Origin: Convolutriloba macropyga
Lineage: Eukaryota
Reading direction: 5' to 3'
DNA: 64,000 nt
NCBI RefSeq assembly: GCF_964194025.1
Contig: NC_134471.1
Span: 26,164,001 to 26,228,000, forward strand
In this document: positions 51,345-64,000 of the stretch, piece by piece
Numbering within the stretch: position 1 is the first letter of the stretch
How the letters are laid out: each line of letters opens with the position of its first letter
Made by a program: the position numbers and the translations under genes
Notes under the pieces: model-generated
What the model saw: the letters and a program-made list of their open reading frames with translations, nothing else
What the model was told of the DNA's origin: nothing
The model's database searches: none

Positions 51345-52602
51345 TCAGGCTTGCGTGCAACTTTCTCCACAGAAACTGCTTTATTGCATACTTTCATGAA
51401 CACACGAAAGATGATTTATAAACGTTCGTTTGTTTTTACAGTGGCTCTTGACTTGCAAGCGGCTTTTGATACCCTGAACCACGAAGTTCTCTTACATATT
51501 TGTGAAGATCGTTTTGGCATAAGGTATACAGCCATAAAGTGGCTTCAGTCTTATCTCTTGGGAAGAAAACAACTTGTTTTAGTCAACGATTCAATCTCAA
51601 AACCAGCACTTCTCGATTCTGGTGTTCCTCAGGGTTCCATTCTTGGGCCTATGCTCTTCAGCGTCTATCTTACACCGTTGTGTGACCTACTCAAAGAAGT
51701 TAAAGTAAATTATCAACTATATGCTGATGATACCCTCCTCTACTTTGAATGCTCTTCAAAACACATCTTCAATGCAAATTCCGTTGAACTTACCATTCAA
51801 AAAGTTTTATCCTGGTTCGCGAATGCTGGCCTACAGGTTAACGAAAGTAAAACAGAAGCCATTCTCATTTCAAGCGTAAGTATCAGCTCCATAAAAGTCG
51901 GAGACGTCGATGTAAAGCTATCTAAATCCCTGAAATGCCTTGGCGTTACAGTTGATAAACACCTTCACATGGATAAGCAAGTAAAAACTGTTGCCAAAAA
52001 CTGCTTTTACTACCTCCGAATACTCCATTCCCTTCGAAATTTTGTTGATTTCGAAACACGCACAGTGCTGGTTAGATGCTTAATCATGAGTCACCTAGAC
52101 TACTGCAATTCGATCCTTAACGGACTTGGCATGAAAAAATTGTCCATTCTCCAGAAGGTCCAAAATCGGGCGTGTAGATTTGTTTATCGGCTACATCCTT
52201 AGTGCTCTGTATCAATTCACCTTCATGACCTTCATTGGCTGCCGATTTACATGAGAATTCGTTTTAAAATACTTCCGTTTGTATACAAAAGCCTTTTTCA
52301 CAAAGATCTGATTACAGACTATTTAGAAGTGTTTGAAAAACGAGCAAAAACTTCCCGGAATGGAGTGGTATTGGTTGTACCCAAAAGGTCTTCAAAACTT
52401 GGACGAGATGCTTTTGATTACCAAGGTGCTGTCTTGTGGAACAAACTCCCCAAGTGGATCAGAGAACAGAATGGAGTTGATCAGTTCAAATAGCTTTAAA
52501 AACATTTCTTTTCCGTGAACATTTTTACTCTTAATACGGAACAGTACACTTCTGAGTCTGAAGAAAGAAGTGTATAAACAAACGACGATGATGATGATGA
52601 TT
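51345..52602 (+). mobile_element. 5'-truncated L2/CR1-group non-LTR retrotransposon (RT, C-terminal region and 3' tail)
   Basis: ORF 51351-52202 has STETALL, LDLQAAFDT, GVPQGSILGP, YADD, KCLGV, LDYCNS and LQKVQN. It continues in frame past a TAG (52200-52202) into LHWLPIYMRIRFKIL...LWNKLP. Ends in a (gat)n tail at ~52586-52601. Confidence 0.93.
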
Positions 52603-52924
52603 AGACCTGCCCAGTTTTGAAATACCAGAATAGACTTGCAATTATACATGCCCAGTTCTGATATTGGCTTGCTTTTAGGCCCTGTATCTGTTTTCCTGGA
52701 ACCGAAAACCCAGCTTCGAAACGAGAACACCTTTTCTGAGTTTTTGACAGCTTAAAGTATTTTTCCCATTTTCCCCAGTGTATAGATCTCGAGACGGAAA
52801 ATTATTTAAAATTGATTTCAAAAAATCTCTAAAATTGACAATGATGATGAGAAAAACCTTGGTAGGCTCTCTGCTTTAATTTCTGTTTCTTAATTTATTG
52901 AAAATGATTGTTTCTTTGTGAGGT

Positions 52925-53095
52925 GAAAACATTTCTAAACGTTCGACGTTTTTTCTTGGATTATTTTTAAGTTCTGATGTTTTTTAACGTTTCCTTGGCA
53001 TAAGTTTCTTTTAAAACGTCAGCTTAATGATGAAAACCATCAGAACTTAAGAATAACTAAAAAAGAAGTCGTCCAACGATAAGAAATGTCGTTGA
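52925..53095. repeat. Imperfect fold-back (inverted repeat), MITE-like
   Basis: ttatttttaagttctgatgttttt (from 52961) pairs with aaaaccatcagaacttaagaataa (53033-53056); weaker pairing extends outward. Confidence 0.55.
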
Positions 53096-55619
53096 ATTTA
53101 AATGAAGTCCCCGATTTATCATTGCAAAAAAAACTCTGAGGCTTAAAAATGTTCTAATAATTCGAAATGGGTTGCATCAGCGATGCACCATGTCATCGTA
53201 ACCAAGGTTCTGCATACAGGTCGACATATCGAGCCAGTTCTTAATAGTTCGATCGGCCTTGCGAACGATCGGTCATTAATGAGCGACTAAATAAGAGAGC
53301 ACGACCGAGACAGAGAGAGGGAGAAAAAGAGTGAAAAAGTGCATATGTGAGGAGCGAGGTGCTTGGTAGCCTTGTGTTGCTTCTCTTTTCTTTCTCCCTC
53401 TTGTGCTTTGTTGTATGTATCCTATATTGCTATCTGTTTATCCCGACACTTCAAACGGAGGGGGAGGCATTTTGCATTTAGATTCCCTTTGATCTCCATA
53501 TACAACTAAACACTATTACTATTAATGCCAATACTTCCAATACCACCACTACTACTAATACTAATTCTAATACTCTCTCCCACTCTTTACTACTACTGTA
53601 TTCCCATACTTCCATAAGTAACAGTATTTACGTGTATGTATGTATACGTGTATGTGTGTGCCTTAAGAGCGTGTACTATAGTACATACACATATAAACAT
53701 AACACACGTTCACAGTTAACTTCCAACATTTTATCATAAATCCTCGCCGCTTGTGGAGCACTATAAAGCTATTCCCACTATGACTTGTGAAATAGCCCGA
53801 CCCAGCCCCCCTTCCCCTTCCTACTGCACCCCACCCCGCCTATCACAGCTAAACAATAACATTCTAGTGCTTCCCACTTATTCCAATATGACTAGTGCTA
53901 CTACTATTAGTTATTTGAGTTAGTACTAGTTAACGCACACACGCAGGCTCACGTTGCCTTATTTAAAACACAGTCGGCTAGACTCTCCTTTATTTACTCT
54001 TTCAAGTTGAGGGGAAGGAACGCCGCCCTGGATTTGTTTTATCCGTTTCTATGTGTTTCGGGTTTTGATTAAGACTTGTTAAAAGCGCCCAAACTGTTTT
54101 CATTTGGATTTTCATTTACCCAAAATGGTCTCTGCTTCAAGCTTAACCATACACTCCAACTAAACATATTTGAATGACCGATCGATTTGAAACATTCTTA
54201 AAGATTACTTTATTAATTATAGTATTTTTTTGCCACAGCTGCTGTTGTTACTGAAAAAAAAAGCTTTGATCGAGTACATCTAATTGGCCATGAGATTATT
54301 CTTCATAACTATTAATTGTGACTTTTAAAGCCAAGAAGAGGTTTCTTTTAAAACTTCAAATTGGCAAAAACAAACATATACAAGATTCAATTTTAATTCA
54401 TCATCATTTATTGAAATTTGGCAAAAGACTTGCATGAAGACTTAATTTAACAATTTGTCGAACTTTCAAATTTACAAAACGACAATTGAATTTAGAATTG
54501 AATACTGAAGTTCGAGAAAAAATTGGACCGTTGAGATCAATCAACTTTAGAGATCTATGATCTCTCTAAAAATGTACCGATTTCATTTATTTAAATTGGT
54601 TCAATTGTTGGTCTTGGCCTTGTTAAAGACATTCTTCATCACCATTTAAATCGGAACTTCAATTTTGCTCTCGATCCAATGCCATTATTTCCAAATTATA
54701 GAAATTTTCGACGAAAGCTTTAGTTTTTTTTATAATATTCTTACCTGTTGCGCGCTGACCTGATTACTTTGATTGGCGGCCTAATTTCCATCCAGTGCAA
54801 ACGCTGGAAGCTGGCGCATATCATACGGGGGCGGCGGGAATTTCACCTTTGCCAGTCTCTATTTCGCTATCTCTCAAAATATATTCTATCGATTTACTAC
54901 TTTCATCTATTGCGTATTTAGCAGTTTGTTTCTTCTCTCCAAAATGCCGCAGCAGTAGCTTAACTAGCTACAGCAACAAGAGCAGCAACCGCTAAACAAC
55001 TAGGGCAATTTCAATTGCAACGTCTATCAATCTCTGCTTATATTATCCATTTTATCTTCTAGCTGTCTATTTATGCCCCAATTTCCTCCGACCCTCGCCC
55101 CCAAATCACAATTCAACCCCCTCCCCTATTTCTAACCCACCCATCCCTGCTCCCCACCCACCCCCTCACCTTGTCTCTTTTCCCGAAGACTGTCCAATAT
55201 CTACCCGCGTGCCGCACGTTACCCCGTATTACTGCTACACAAATCTCCCCCAATGCTGTTACTTTTAATGCTTTTCAACTATAACGTGTTCTGTTCTCAA
55301 CAGGGGGCACAAATCTATCAATCTATATATCTTATATAAATGTATGCATGTGTGTATATGTAGTAGTAGTATTATGGAAATCGCTTTGCTTTGATTTGAA
55401 ATTGGATTGAATGTCATTACTTTCATTGGCACGTGCCGACAGTCACCAAAACCACCCCCCTTTTCCTACCTTTCCCAACATTACCTGTACCAAAATGCCA
55501 ACAACCCTCAATCTAAATTCCTGCTTTTACGTCCTTACGTCGCTCTCTCTCTCTCTCTCCTCCCGGGAAAGCTTTTGTTTATATGGAAAACGAAACCAGA
55601 TCAAACAATGCTTTATAAA

Positions 55620-55667
55620 TAATTAGTTATAACTAAGTTATATATATTAATAAGTTATAACTAATTA
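55620..55667. repeat. AT-rich palindrome
   Basis: 15-bp perfect arms taattagttataact and agttataactaatta. Confidence 0.8.
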
Positions 55668-56357
55668 AGTCAAGCAGCCCTCAGTTGCAATCGTGTTTTC
55701 TACCTGCAGGTGGGTTTTAGCTTCAATAACCTATCAATCTCATCTTCTTTCAGTTTTTACCATTTGATTGACTTCAAACAAATTTGTCATTTTCCACTTC
55801 CACTGGTTTGCAATTTTAGTGATTTTTGTTACAAAATTTATACGCAGGAAATTTATGGAAAAGGTATGTAAAAAATTTGCGTGATCAAATTTTCTTATCA
55901 AAAGTATTCAGTAAAGCTATTCTATCGTTTTTGTACCTATTAAGCACTGATGGTAGATTTTTTTTCAAACTCATGCACCATAACCAACTTACTCAAAAAG
56001 CCTACCCTCCTTCTCTCATCTCCATCTCTCCTCTCTTCTTAATCTATAGACATTTTTCTCGCCATCAACATTCGATTTTCTTAATTCAGCCTGTAAAAAA
56101 AACAATACATGTGAAAAAACAATCAAACAATTTGTAAAACTATCTTTCAATAAATTAAATGTAATTCTGCCGTTTTTAGGCATAAACTGTACAAAGTAAC
56201 AGAACAAAAAAAGACGTGGAACGTTGAAGCAGGAAAGTTTTATCAGGAATGTTGAAATCAGTCCAAAAGTTAAGTGTGAATTATCGTCTCGGAGATACCA
56301 TAAGATCATTCAGTCTAATAGCAAATCTTAAAATTGTTTATGTTTAAAAATAATAAC

Positions 56358-59353
56358 TATTATTGTTCCGACCCCTCTTTAGTGGGAGGGAAGAACTATA
56401 TACTGAAATGGTTTTTTTGTTCAGTCAATTTTGGCCGATCGAGCTGTGGGTGGTATTATTAAAAGACCAGCGTAGAATATGGAATTAAAAAGATTTTTAT
56501 AATTTCGTTTTTTCAAAGGAGTTATGGAGGTTTAATGTTTTGTTCACATTCGACTGATTGCCGTTGTTTTTGCTCACATTTTTTCGCAAATTTTGCAAAA
56601 AATTTTTTTGAATTTACAAAAACAGTGGGATTGATTTTACTTTTATGATAGAGTAGGGTTGCTTAACGGTTTGATCCAAGTTTCTTTAGCACAAATTATT
56701 GGAATTTCGGACTTTTGGATTTCGGGCTTTTTCATCAAAAACTGCCTCCAAATATGCTTTTTAGGCCCACTTTGTTAAAAGTGCCGTAAGTGGAGGCCCG
56801 AAAACTACTGACACAGTCTTTTTAACTCGAGAAGATAGCCATTTTTACTTTTTCTCCCTGTAATAGTCTTCTTGAATTAAAATATTGCCAGTTTTTCGCT
56901 GAATTAGATCGGTAAGTATCAAAAATTCATCAATTATTTTTGGCACATTGAAATTTTTTTCTTGTATAATTATCTATTTCGCAAATGTTTGGAGCAATCA
57001 GCTATTTAAGTTGGATGCGCAGCTATATCAGGACTTGTATTGTTCTGTTCAAGGTTTTTTTCGATCAAAAATATTCGAATTGTATTGAGGCGGGCGCAAT
57101 CTATATTTCGAAATATTTTCGCAATTTTTGTTTTTCTTGGGTTAATTACTGACAACAATGATTGCATTTCAAGATTCAGTTAAAGCAAAATCCATTTACA
57201 TAAAACTGAGATCCAGTGGACATAATATATACAGGTTTTTAGGACGAGCTCTGTTTTTATGGCTTTGACAACTTGTTTTTGTCAACTTAAATTGAATTCC
57301 TGCCTGCCTTTGCTATACGTTTTGTAGTCTCGTGAAATCTCAGTATCTGGAAAACACCAACTGGCTTCTTTAGTTGGCACTAGTAAAACAAAGCCATGTT
57401 TTCAGTTGTTATCTTATGGCTCTCTTGACATTGTATATATTTGTTTTTGGAAAATATGTAAAATTTTGAACTTTGCCTATTTTTGTATCTTACTTTTGTC
57501 AACTTGTAGTTAAGTCTCAATAAAGTCAGTTCAATCCTCTATTTGGTGTGGAAAAGTTTCTCTTTCTATATTGGTTTTGTTTTCAACTAATGGTTTTTTG
57601 GCCTTGGTAATATGAGTTTTCAATGAAACGTTGCGATTTCAAAAGTCCAATTGGCATTTAAAGAATGCGCAATGGCACATATTGAATGTTGTTGGTAAAT
57701 ATTTTAACGTTTTGACGGTTGTGTTACCGTTGGCTTGTGAAAATTTCTTAAATTTTTTTTTACCCGTGTTTGTCTCTCTTCTAATAGTTTTTGAATATAT
57801 TCTCGATACTGAAAGATCTCAGTACTTTCTGTTGGATGTAAAAATGAACCAAATTCATGGTTTCATTTTGTAGCTGCAGGTTTTATCTCTCTTTTTTTGT
57901 TCTTGTTTTTGAAATCATGTTACTTAAGCTAATCATTGACAGTTTTCATCAGGTTGTTGCTGAACCAATCATTATTTGTTGCTGAACCAATCAATATGAT
58001 TTCTCTGTTGTCTTAAGGTGTTTGATGAAAACATGTTTCCATAAAAATGTTTATGTGTTTTTGGTACTGTTATTTCCTTGTTTTTTTACAGAGGCTTTTA
58101 TCAAGAGGAGCTACTAATAATCGAACGAAACTCAAGTCAAAATTTAGAATGTTTCCAGTCAATAATAGTTTTAATGGCTTCAATAAACTGTTTCATAGTT
58201 TACAAAGCTTCAATACTGTGGTTTCGTAGAACGGTTTGTGAAGTATGAGTTCATGTCTATATTTGGTTTTTTGTTGTCTTATGACTTAGTCTTACTTATA
58301 AACAGCGCCATTGTTTTCCTAGGGAGTTGCAAGTTGATCTGTTTTAGCTGAAGTTTTATGATTTTTGGAATTTTTGAAAATTTTTGTTTTTTAATGATTA
58401 ACAGACTTTGACACTTTTTATCTTAATGCTGCCAATATGAAGCTTTGTTTCCCGATATATATTGCGCATCTTTTTGCTAGCTAGCCTAAATTCAATTTTC
58501 AAAACGCTTTCTTTATCAACTAATGGTTTTTGACTTTGATATTACGAATTTTCATTAAAAATTGCGATATTTGGATATCGGCCCGTTTTGAGGTTTTATT
58601 ATTTCCTCACCTCGACATAACTCTAATGAGGAGGTAAGTTTGTTGTTAAAACCTATTTCATGGCTTCAGTGAATTGCTTATGGTTTTAACGGCCGGGACT
58701 TGTCGTTTGCTAAATTGTTTATTTTTTTAAATTTTGCGTGTTTTTGTTGTTCTTTTCGTAGTTTTATGACATATTTTGGAAAGTTACATATCTCAATTGC
58801 TTTTTCGAAAAGTATAAATGAACACGTCTCTGTTGTTCCCTCAACTATACTTCAAAAGCTATAATTAATGTTTTAAGTTGACACCTAAACGTTTTAATCA
58901 CTTAAGAAATAATGGTTTTGAAAAATGGAAACTTACTTTTGAACTATGCCCTTTGTGCTGTTTTTGTTGAATTGTTACGGAGTCTCGTCAAGGACAGGTG
59001 TCATATCTTTTATAGTGCAGTACAGGCAGGTTAATTTGTTTTGTTTTGGTTTCACTTGATGCGACGCCATTTTGATTCTGTTGTTGCCTTTTCATAAATA
59101 TCAACATCTGGCTTTTTGTGTAATTGATGTTGGTTTTTTATTTGACTTTTAACTTTTTCTTGATTCGCTGTCTCGCTAATGGCAAGTTTCATTGGTTCTC
59201 TAACGCGGCAATACTTTACTTTTTTAGTGGTTTGTTGAACAATATGCGAATTTTCGAAAGCTTTCTATCTCTTCCTCAGAGGGTAAACAATAAGTCAAAA
59301 ACAGGATAAGCGGGATCGGAACATTATGTGCAAACGCGAGTTTTCTCCTTGTT
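56358..59353 (+). mobile_element. Non-autonomous Helentron/HINE-like element, copy 2
   Basis: 5' tattattgttccgacccctctttagtggg; 3' gcgggatcggaac followed by a degenerate hairpin and ctccttgtt. Internal anchors shared with 709-3860 include ttgttcagtcaattttggc, ccagcgtagaa, acattcgactg, tccatttacataaa, gtggtttcgta and tatctcttcctca. Confidence 0.7.
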
Positions 59354-60924
59354 GTGAAAAATCTCAAATCAAGTTCTTCACAATATTTCGACTAGATGAG
59401 TTTTTCTGGAAGGTAAACATTTAGAACAAATAATAGATTAAACGTTGAACAAGATTTGGGCCAGCATTTTTACTAATTGGAGTAACTCAACAAATGGACA
59501 CCAACTTCAAATTTACTTGAATACCATGCTATCCTGCTAAAGCTTTGAAAGTAGCTAAAAAATTGCGTCAATTTTATGTTTTCTTTCCTTGTTATTTGTC
59601 TGGAATGCGTGCGAAAGCACTTTGTACTAATTGCTCTATTTTCTCTATTGCTCTATTTTCTGATGTCTTTCCTCTTTCTGTTTTTAGTTTTCTTTTCAAA
59701 TTTTGATTCTTGTTTTTTTCGATAAATCCCTTTCATTTTTTGTATTCCAGTCAAGAGATAAATTCCATTTACTCATTTCTAAAGTTTTTTTAAATTTTTG
59801 ATTCACAATTAACTTATGACAAAGAGACGCGCGGTTAAAGTGACATTCAGAAAATTTTTTAAAATTCTTTCGCAAGAATTTGAATGAAATGTCCTCTGTT
59901 TAAGCTTTATTTTTCAATATATGTTCTTCATTATTATTATTCTTTAATAGGCTAGTTTCTTTTTTTTATGGTAGTTTGTTGATGTCGAGCGCGTAACCTC
60001 AAAATATCTTATCGGATAGTAAGTTGATAAACTTTTGTATAGAAAGCAAAATTTGGCCTCATTTTTTTTGTTTACATTTCTCAACTGCTCTTAAAATTTG
60101 CTATTTGAAGACCGACGTTTACAACATCTATTACATATGCAAATTTTTGTGTTTTTGACTTCAACTTGAACACAGATAGTGATATTGTAAATGTTTTTAA
60201 TGGTTTTCGTTTGTTTCAAAATTTTTGATCAACTTAAATGTTGGATTTTAAATTCAAGTTAGGCAGAAACAATATGGACAATTATCGATAATATACACAA
60301 GAAAACCACTACTTTTTTAAACTTAAACTCGTGTTCTGTTAGTTTGCTTCAAACTATTTCAAAAAAAATGAGGTGCTAGCTTTCAGTTTATTCATGATGT
60401 GTTATGTGTAGTAGTAACTAGTCTGTCAGATGTGCTCCTTTATGGCCGTTTTTATTACAATTGTGTGGGCTCAAATACTGTTTAGCATCGGTTTTTGTAA
60501 ACGAAATTAGTCGAGAGTTAGAGAAATAATAAATTGAGTCAGTTACAATATTTCTTATAAAAGCTTTTTCGTATTTTGTTTTGTTTTCTGCTTGCAATGG
60601 CAATTGCAATGTGTGACTCTCAGGAATGTAATTGAGAGATTGTGATCACGTTTCATGCCATAGAAATGAGTTCTGGGATATTTTTGAACTTTCTATTTAC
60701 TTTTCAATATTTTCAAGCGATTTTTGTATTCTGGCTTACGTTTTGCTTGAATAACTGCAGCAGGCATAGATAAAGGTTGCTGTTGTGGTAGCTGTCGCAC
60801 AGAGCTGCAATTCGCAGTTAATTGTTGCGGGATACTGGCGCTTATTGCCGTTTTTAACTCGTACACTAGTTGCATTTGTATAATAATAAAAATAGGTAAA
60901 TTAGTAGTAGTGTGACTGACTAAC

Positions 60925-61287
60925 CACAACTTGCTTCTGGAGCGGCGATGTTTCTACGTCTGCGCCGTGGTGAATAACATCCGGTCCGCGGTTTAGGGAG
61001 GCCAGGAGGGGTATCGTCAACATTGGGGGAAGGGGATAAGAAGGCTGATTATTCTGTGCAGTGTGGTCGTGTAGGACTGATGGTATCAAGTCCATCCATT
61101 TGGCTACATCTACTGGTCTTTCCCACAGGTCCCACAAACCCCGCCCCTCGCCTCGTGCTATTTGTCGCCGTAACAACTGAAATCGATACGGCGTCTGGTG
61201 CTGCCGCCGAGGATGGTTACACCTGAATTGCACCAACTTACAGTCCATAGAGCAATGGAACAACAAATTCGACTGTAAGCGCTGTTC
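60925..61287 (-). CDS. Candidate 363-nt symmetric (phase 0-0) exon of an unknown gene
   Basis: Acceptor tattattttgcaccag, donor gttagt, one fully open frame (within ORF 60901-61350), markedly GC-richer than the flanks. No domain recognised. Confidence 0.35.
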
Positions 61288-62859
61288 CTGGTGCAAAATA
61301 ATAGAAGCAAATACAAGGCAAAATTTCCGCACTCCCGACAACACACACAACTTTCTTCAACTGAATTGTAATGGTCTAAAAAAACTAGACAACATAGATA
61401 AAGGTCGTTTAGTGATTCAGATGTTATTCTTAGGAGTGCATAACTTTTCGTTTTCTGAGCGTTATTTGGAAAGAAAATTGCTAGGGATTAGAGCTTTATT
61501 TTTGAACAAGCTTATAACAATCATCATCTTGTATCTAGATTTTTGAGTGACTGAGCGCAGATTTGTGTCAAGACTACTAGCCTCTTAATTGATGGGTGTG
61601 AATTCCGTTCTCGATAAGTTTTTCGGTTTTTATCGTCGATCTTTAAGGTTTTTTTTAAAAACTCAATCTATTTATATAAATTTTAGTACAATGTTTTGTC
61701 AAGGCTTTGATGAAATTGTTCCAAAAAAAGATAAGGGTTTGGGATTGAATATCGGCAATTCAGCTTTAATTTTTTTTTCTTGAAACAGTGAGGAACAATA
61801 ATTTGAAAGTATTGAGTTAAATTTCAATTAGGTTATGACAAGGGCCGTAGTGCCCTGATTCAATATCTCTTAGAACCTATGCTGAAAATTTTTGTTCGGA
61901 TCAAGTTTTGATGTAGGTTGACATCGGTATCGATTACGAAAAATATTTGAAACAAAAGTTTAAATTTTTTTTCAATAGGGCTCTTCAAAGCATTTTTTCA
62001 GTATTGTAGCTCTAACTGTTTTTGATAAAAAAAAAATATTGTCTCGCTCATTTTAATATTCAAATGTGCGTTTTGGGAGTTTTTACCTTTTTAAATTTAA
62101 TTTACTATTTTAGTTTGGTTAGATATACTGCCATTTTTTTCTATGTGAAGGATTTTTTAGCTGTTTTTATTGTTGTCCTCTAGTTTTTCTCAAGATACTT
62201 GTGCTCGTATAATTGTTTGATTTTTTTGTGTTACTAGAGGCGATTTGCTTGAATTTTAGATGGGCCACTTTTCACTGAAGAAATTCGTTTTCGTTTCACA
62301 TCGTTTTTTGCTTTCTTGCATTTTCGGGTTTCTTTTTAAGTTGCAGCTCACCTTTTTGTCGTTGTCTATTCTATTGGCAGTCCCTGTATCAGTATGGTAA
62401 TCGTAAGGACTTCTGAGAATAGTTTTTAGAACCTCATACTTTTCGAAAAAAATTTTTATCAGATATTGACTTTTTAAAAAAAATGGTTCATTCTTAAACT
62501 TTGTTGATTTGTTTATCGTATGCTTAGCATTATTTGTTTGAAGAGAAAGGTTTCAATTTTGATTTTCTTCGGTTACTCTCGATATGTAGCTTTTTTATTT
62601 TTTAAATCAGATTTTAGAACGCGCTTTTTACTCTTCACTTTGCTTCGCTGGTTTTTAAAGTAAGTACCTTAATGAGTGCATTTTTTAAATCAAGTAAGTA
62701 GTTGTCTTTGTTCTAAGTCAACGTAGAGTCGATTCTGCAGTCTTCCGGTTGTTTGTTTTTATTTATCAGTACCATGGATCCAAACGTGCATGTAAAGTTT
62801 GGTGTTTTTTGGATTTTTTAAACAGCTGCTTTTTTATTATTGACTTCTTACTTCTTTAG

Positions 62860-64000
62860 ATTCCGGCATTTTCATCAAAATAGGAGTTTCCTTTTTAAAC
62901 GCGATTCGCATTTCGCATTTCGCCCCAAATTAGGTATTGGAGGAGCCTTTGGAAAAATAAAACTGCCTGATACAAAAGATCTGACTGACGTCTTGTACTT
63001 AAGCCTTCTACCATCATGTTTTGCATAGGATGGAACAACTCTGGTGTTATAAACTTCGGTCATATTCATTACTAACAATTTTAAATGAGTAAACGAAGTT
63101 GTTAACAATTTTATTGAACCTCATCCAACTAATCACATAATCTCCCGGATGGAATTGTTTCAGAAAAATCTTGATTTTGCTCGTGATTCTCGTAGATAAT
63201 GAAGGTGATAGTGATTTTTTGTTAGTGATAAAAACAGCATTTGGGCAAATGAATCTCTGTGTGAATCATAATTGGTAATTCTCATTCCTTTTCAGGGTTT
63301 AAATCCCACCTCAAGCATGGGAACCATTCAATTCAACTTTAACCTTACAAATCACATTCAATGTTTTACTAAAGCGATTGAAAACGAACTGTTAACTGCT
63401 CTTACCCTTATTCATTTTTTTCTTTTAATTGCATTTTCAGTGTTGGCTGCTTTGATCGATTTAACACAATTAACAGAAAATTTGAATCTCATTTTTCATT
63501 GGTTGAGGTTAAATGCTACAATTCTAAGTTTTGGTAGCGCTTGTAAAACTGGCCATGGAATTCTTAACAACAGTCATTTCAAGCTCCTACACACTAAATA
63601 AAGTTAAGATTAAATTTACATAAGAATTTTTCTATATATAGGATTTTTCACGGCGTATTTTGGGCCATGTAAGGTTATTAAATATGACTGCAAAATGATC
63701 AACTTTTGCTTCTGTGAATTACAAGAAATCATTTAATTTTGTTCGGAAAGCAAGATTATGCTGATGAAATGCGAGGGCGTTAAGTTTTCTCAGCTTAGTC
63801 AGTATCCCGATTAAATCAATTAATTAATCGCTAAATTAATTTTTGCCGGGAGATTATGTATTTTGTTTAATCAGCAAAAAACGATGACCATGTTAACGAT
63901 GAACTAAGTTCTCACCATCAGAATTGTTTGCATCAAATTCAGTTTTTTGTTGTTCAAACACTCCCACCTCTCAACAGTAGATATCTACATGTAGTTTTTT
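62860..64000 (-). mobile_element. Decayed CR1/L2-group LINE 3' fragment running off the window end
   Basis: SLTWS (~63885-63900), GILTKLR (~63788-63808), and ORF 62875-63108 with YNTR...RSF...LKRKL, all typical of the post-RT C-terminus. Confidence 0.5.

Noticed and set aside
52200-52202. Programmed readthrough of the TAG in the LINE ORF
   Set aside because: The element is 5'-truncated and has further lesions near 52491, so a simple nonsense mutation is more parsimonious.
61400-62820. Kolobok-like or other non-autonomous DNA transposon (ttaa ends, aaagtttggtg-type motifs)
   Set aside because: TIRs could not be paired and no TSD could be defined with confidence.

Overview
AT-rich, repeat-dense eukaryotic (probably invertebrate metazoan) DNA. 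No intact protein-coding gene, RNA gene or CRISPR array is recognisable, and most ORF-track entries are spurious or repeated fragments. The main structure is a ~30 kb complex tandem array (~8250-38400) built from three modules (A, C, B) joined by a few recurring junctions. On the minus strand these modules carry decayed motifs of a LINE APE endonuclease and possibly ORF1. They are collinear with a decayed CR1-like reverse transcriptase just to the left (YADD at 5834-5845), so the array looks like a macrosatellite derived from the 5' half of one old LINE, with recent near-identical higher-order duplications. Other content: two diverged ~3 kb Helentron/HINE-like elements, two GG-terminated MITEs with perfect 8-bp TSDs (Merlin-like), a 5'-truncated L2/CR1-group LINE, a tRNA-derived SINE, other decayed LINE and hAT fragments, a probable very decayed insulin-receptor-type tyrosine kinase pseudogene, several candidate exons including an 18-nt microexon, and GC-richer regulatory-looking islands. 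All protein similarities were read by eye and need HMM/BLAST confirmation.
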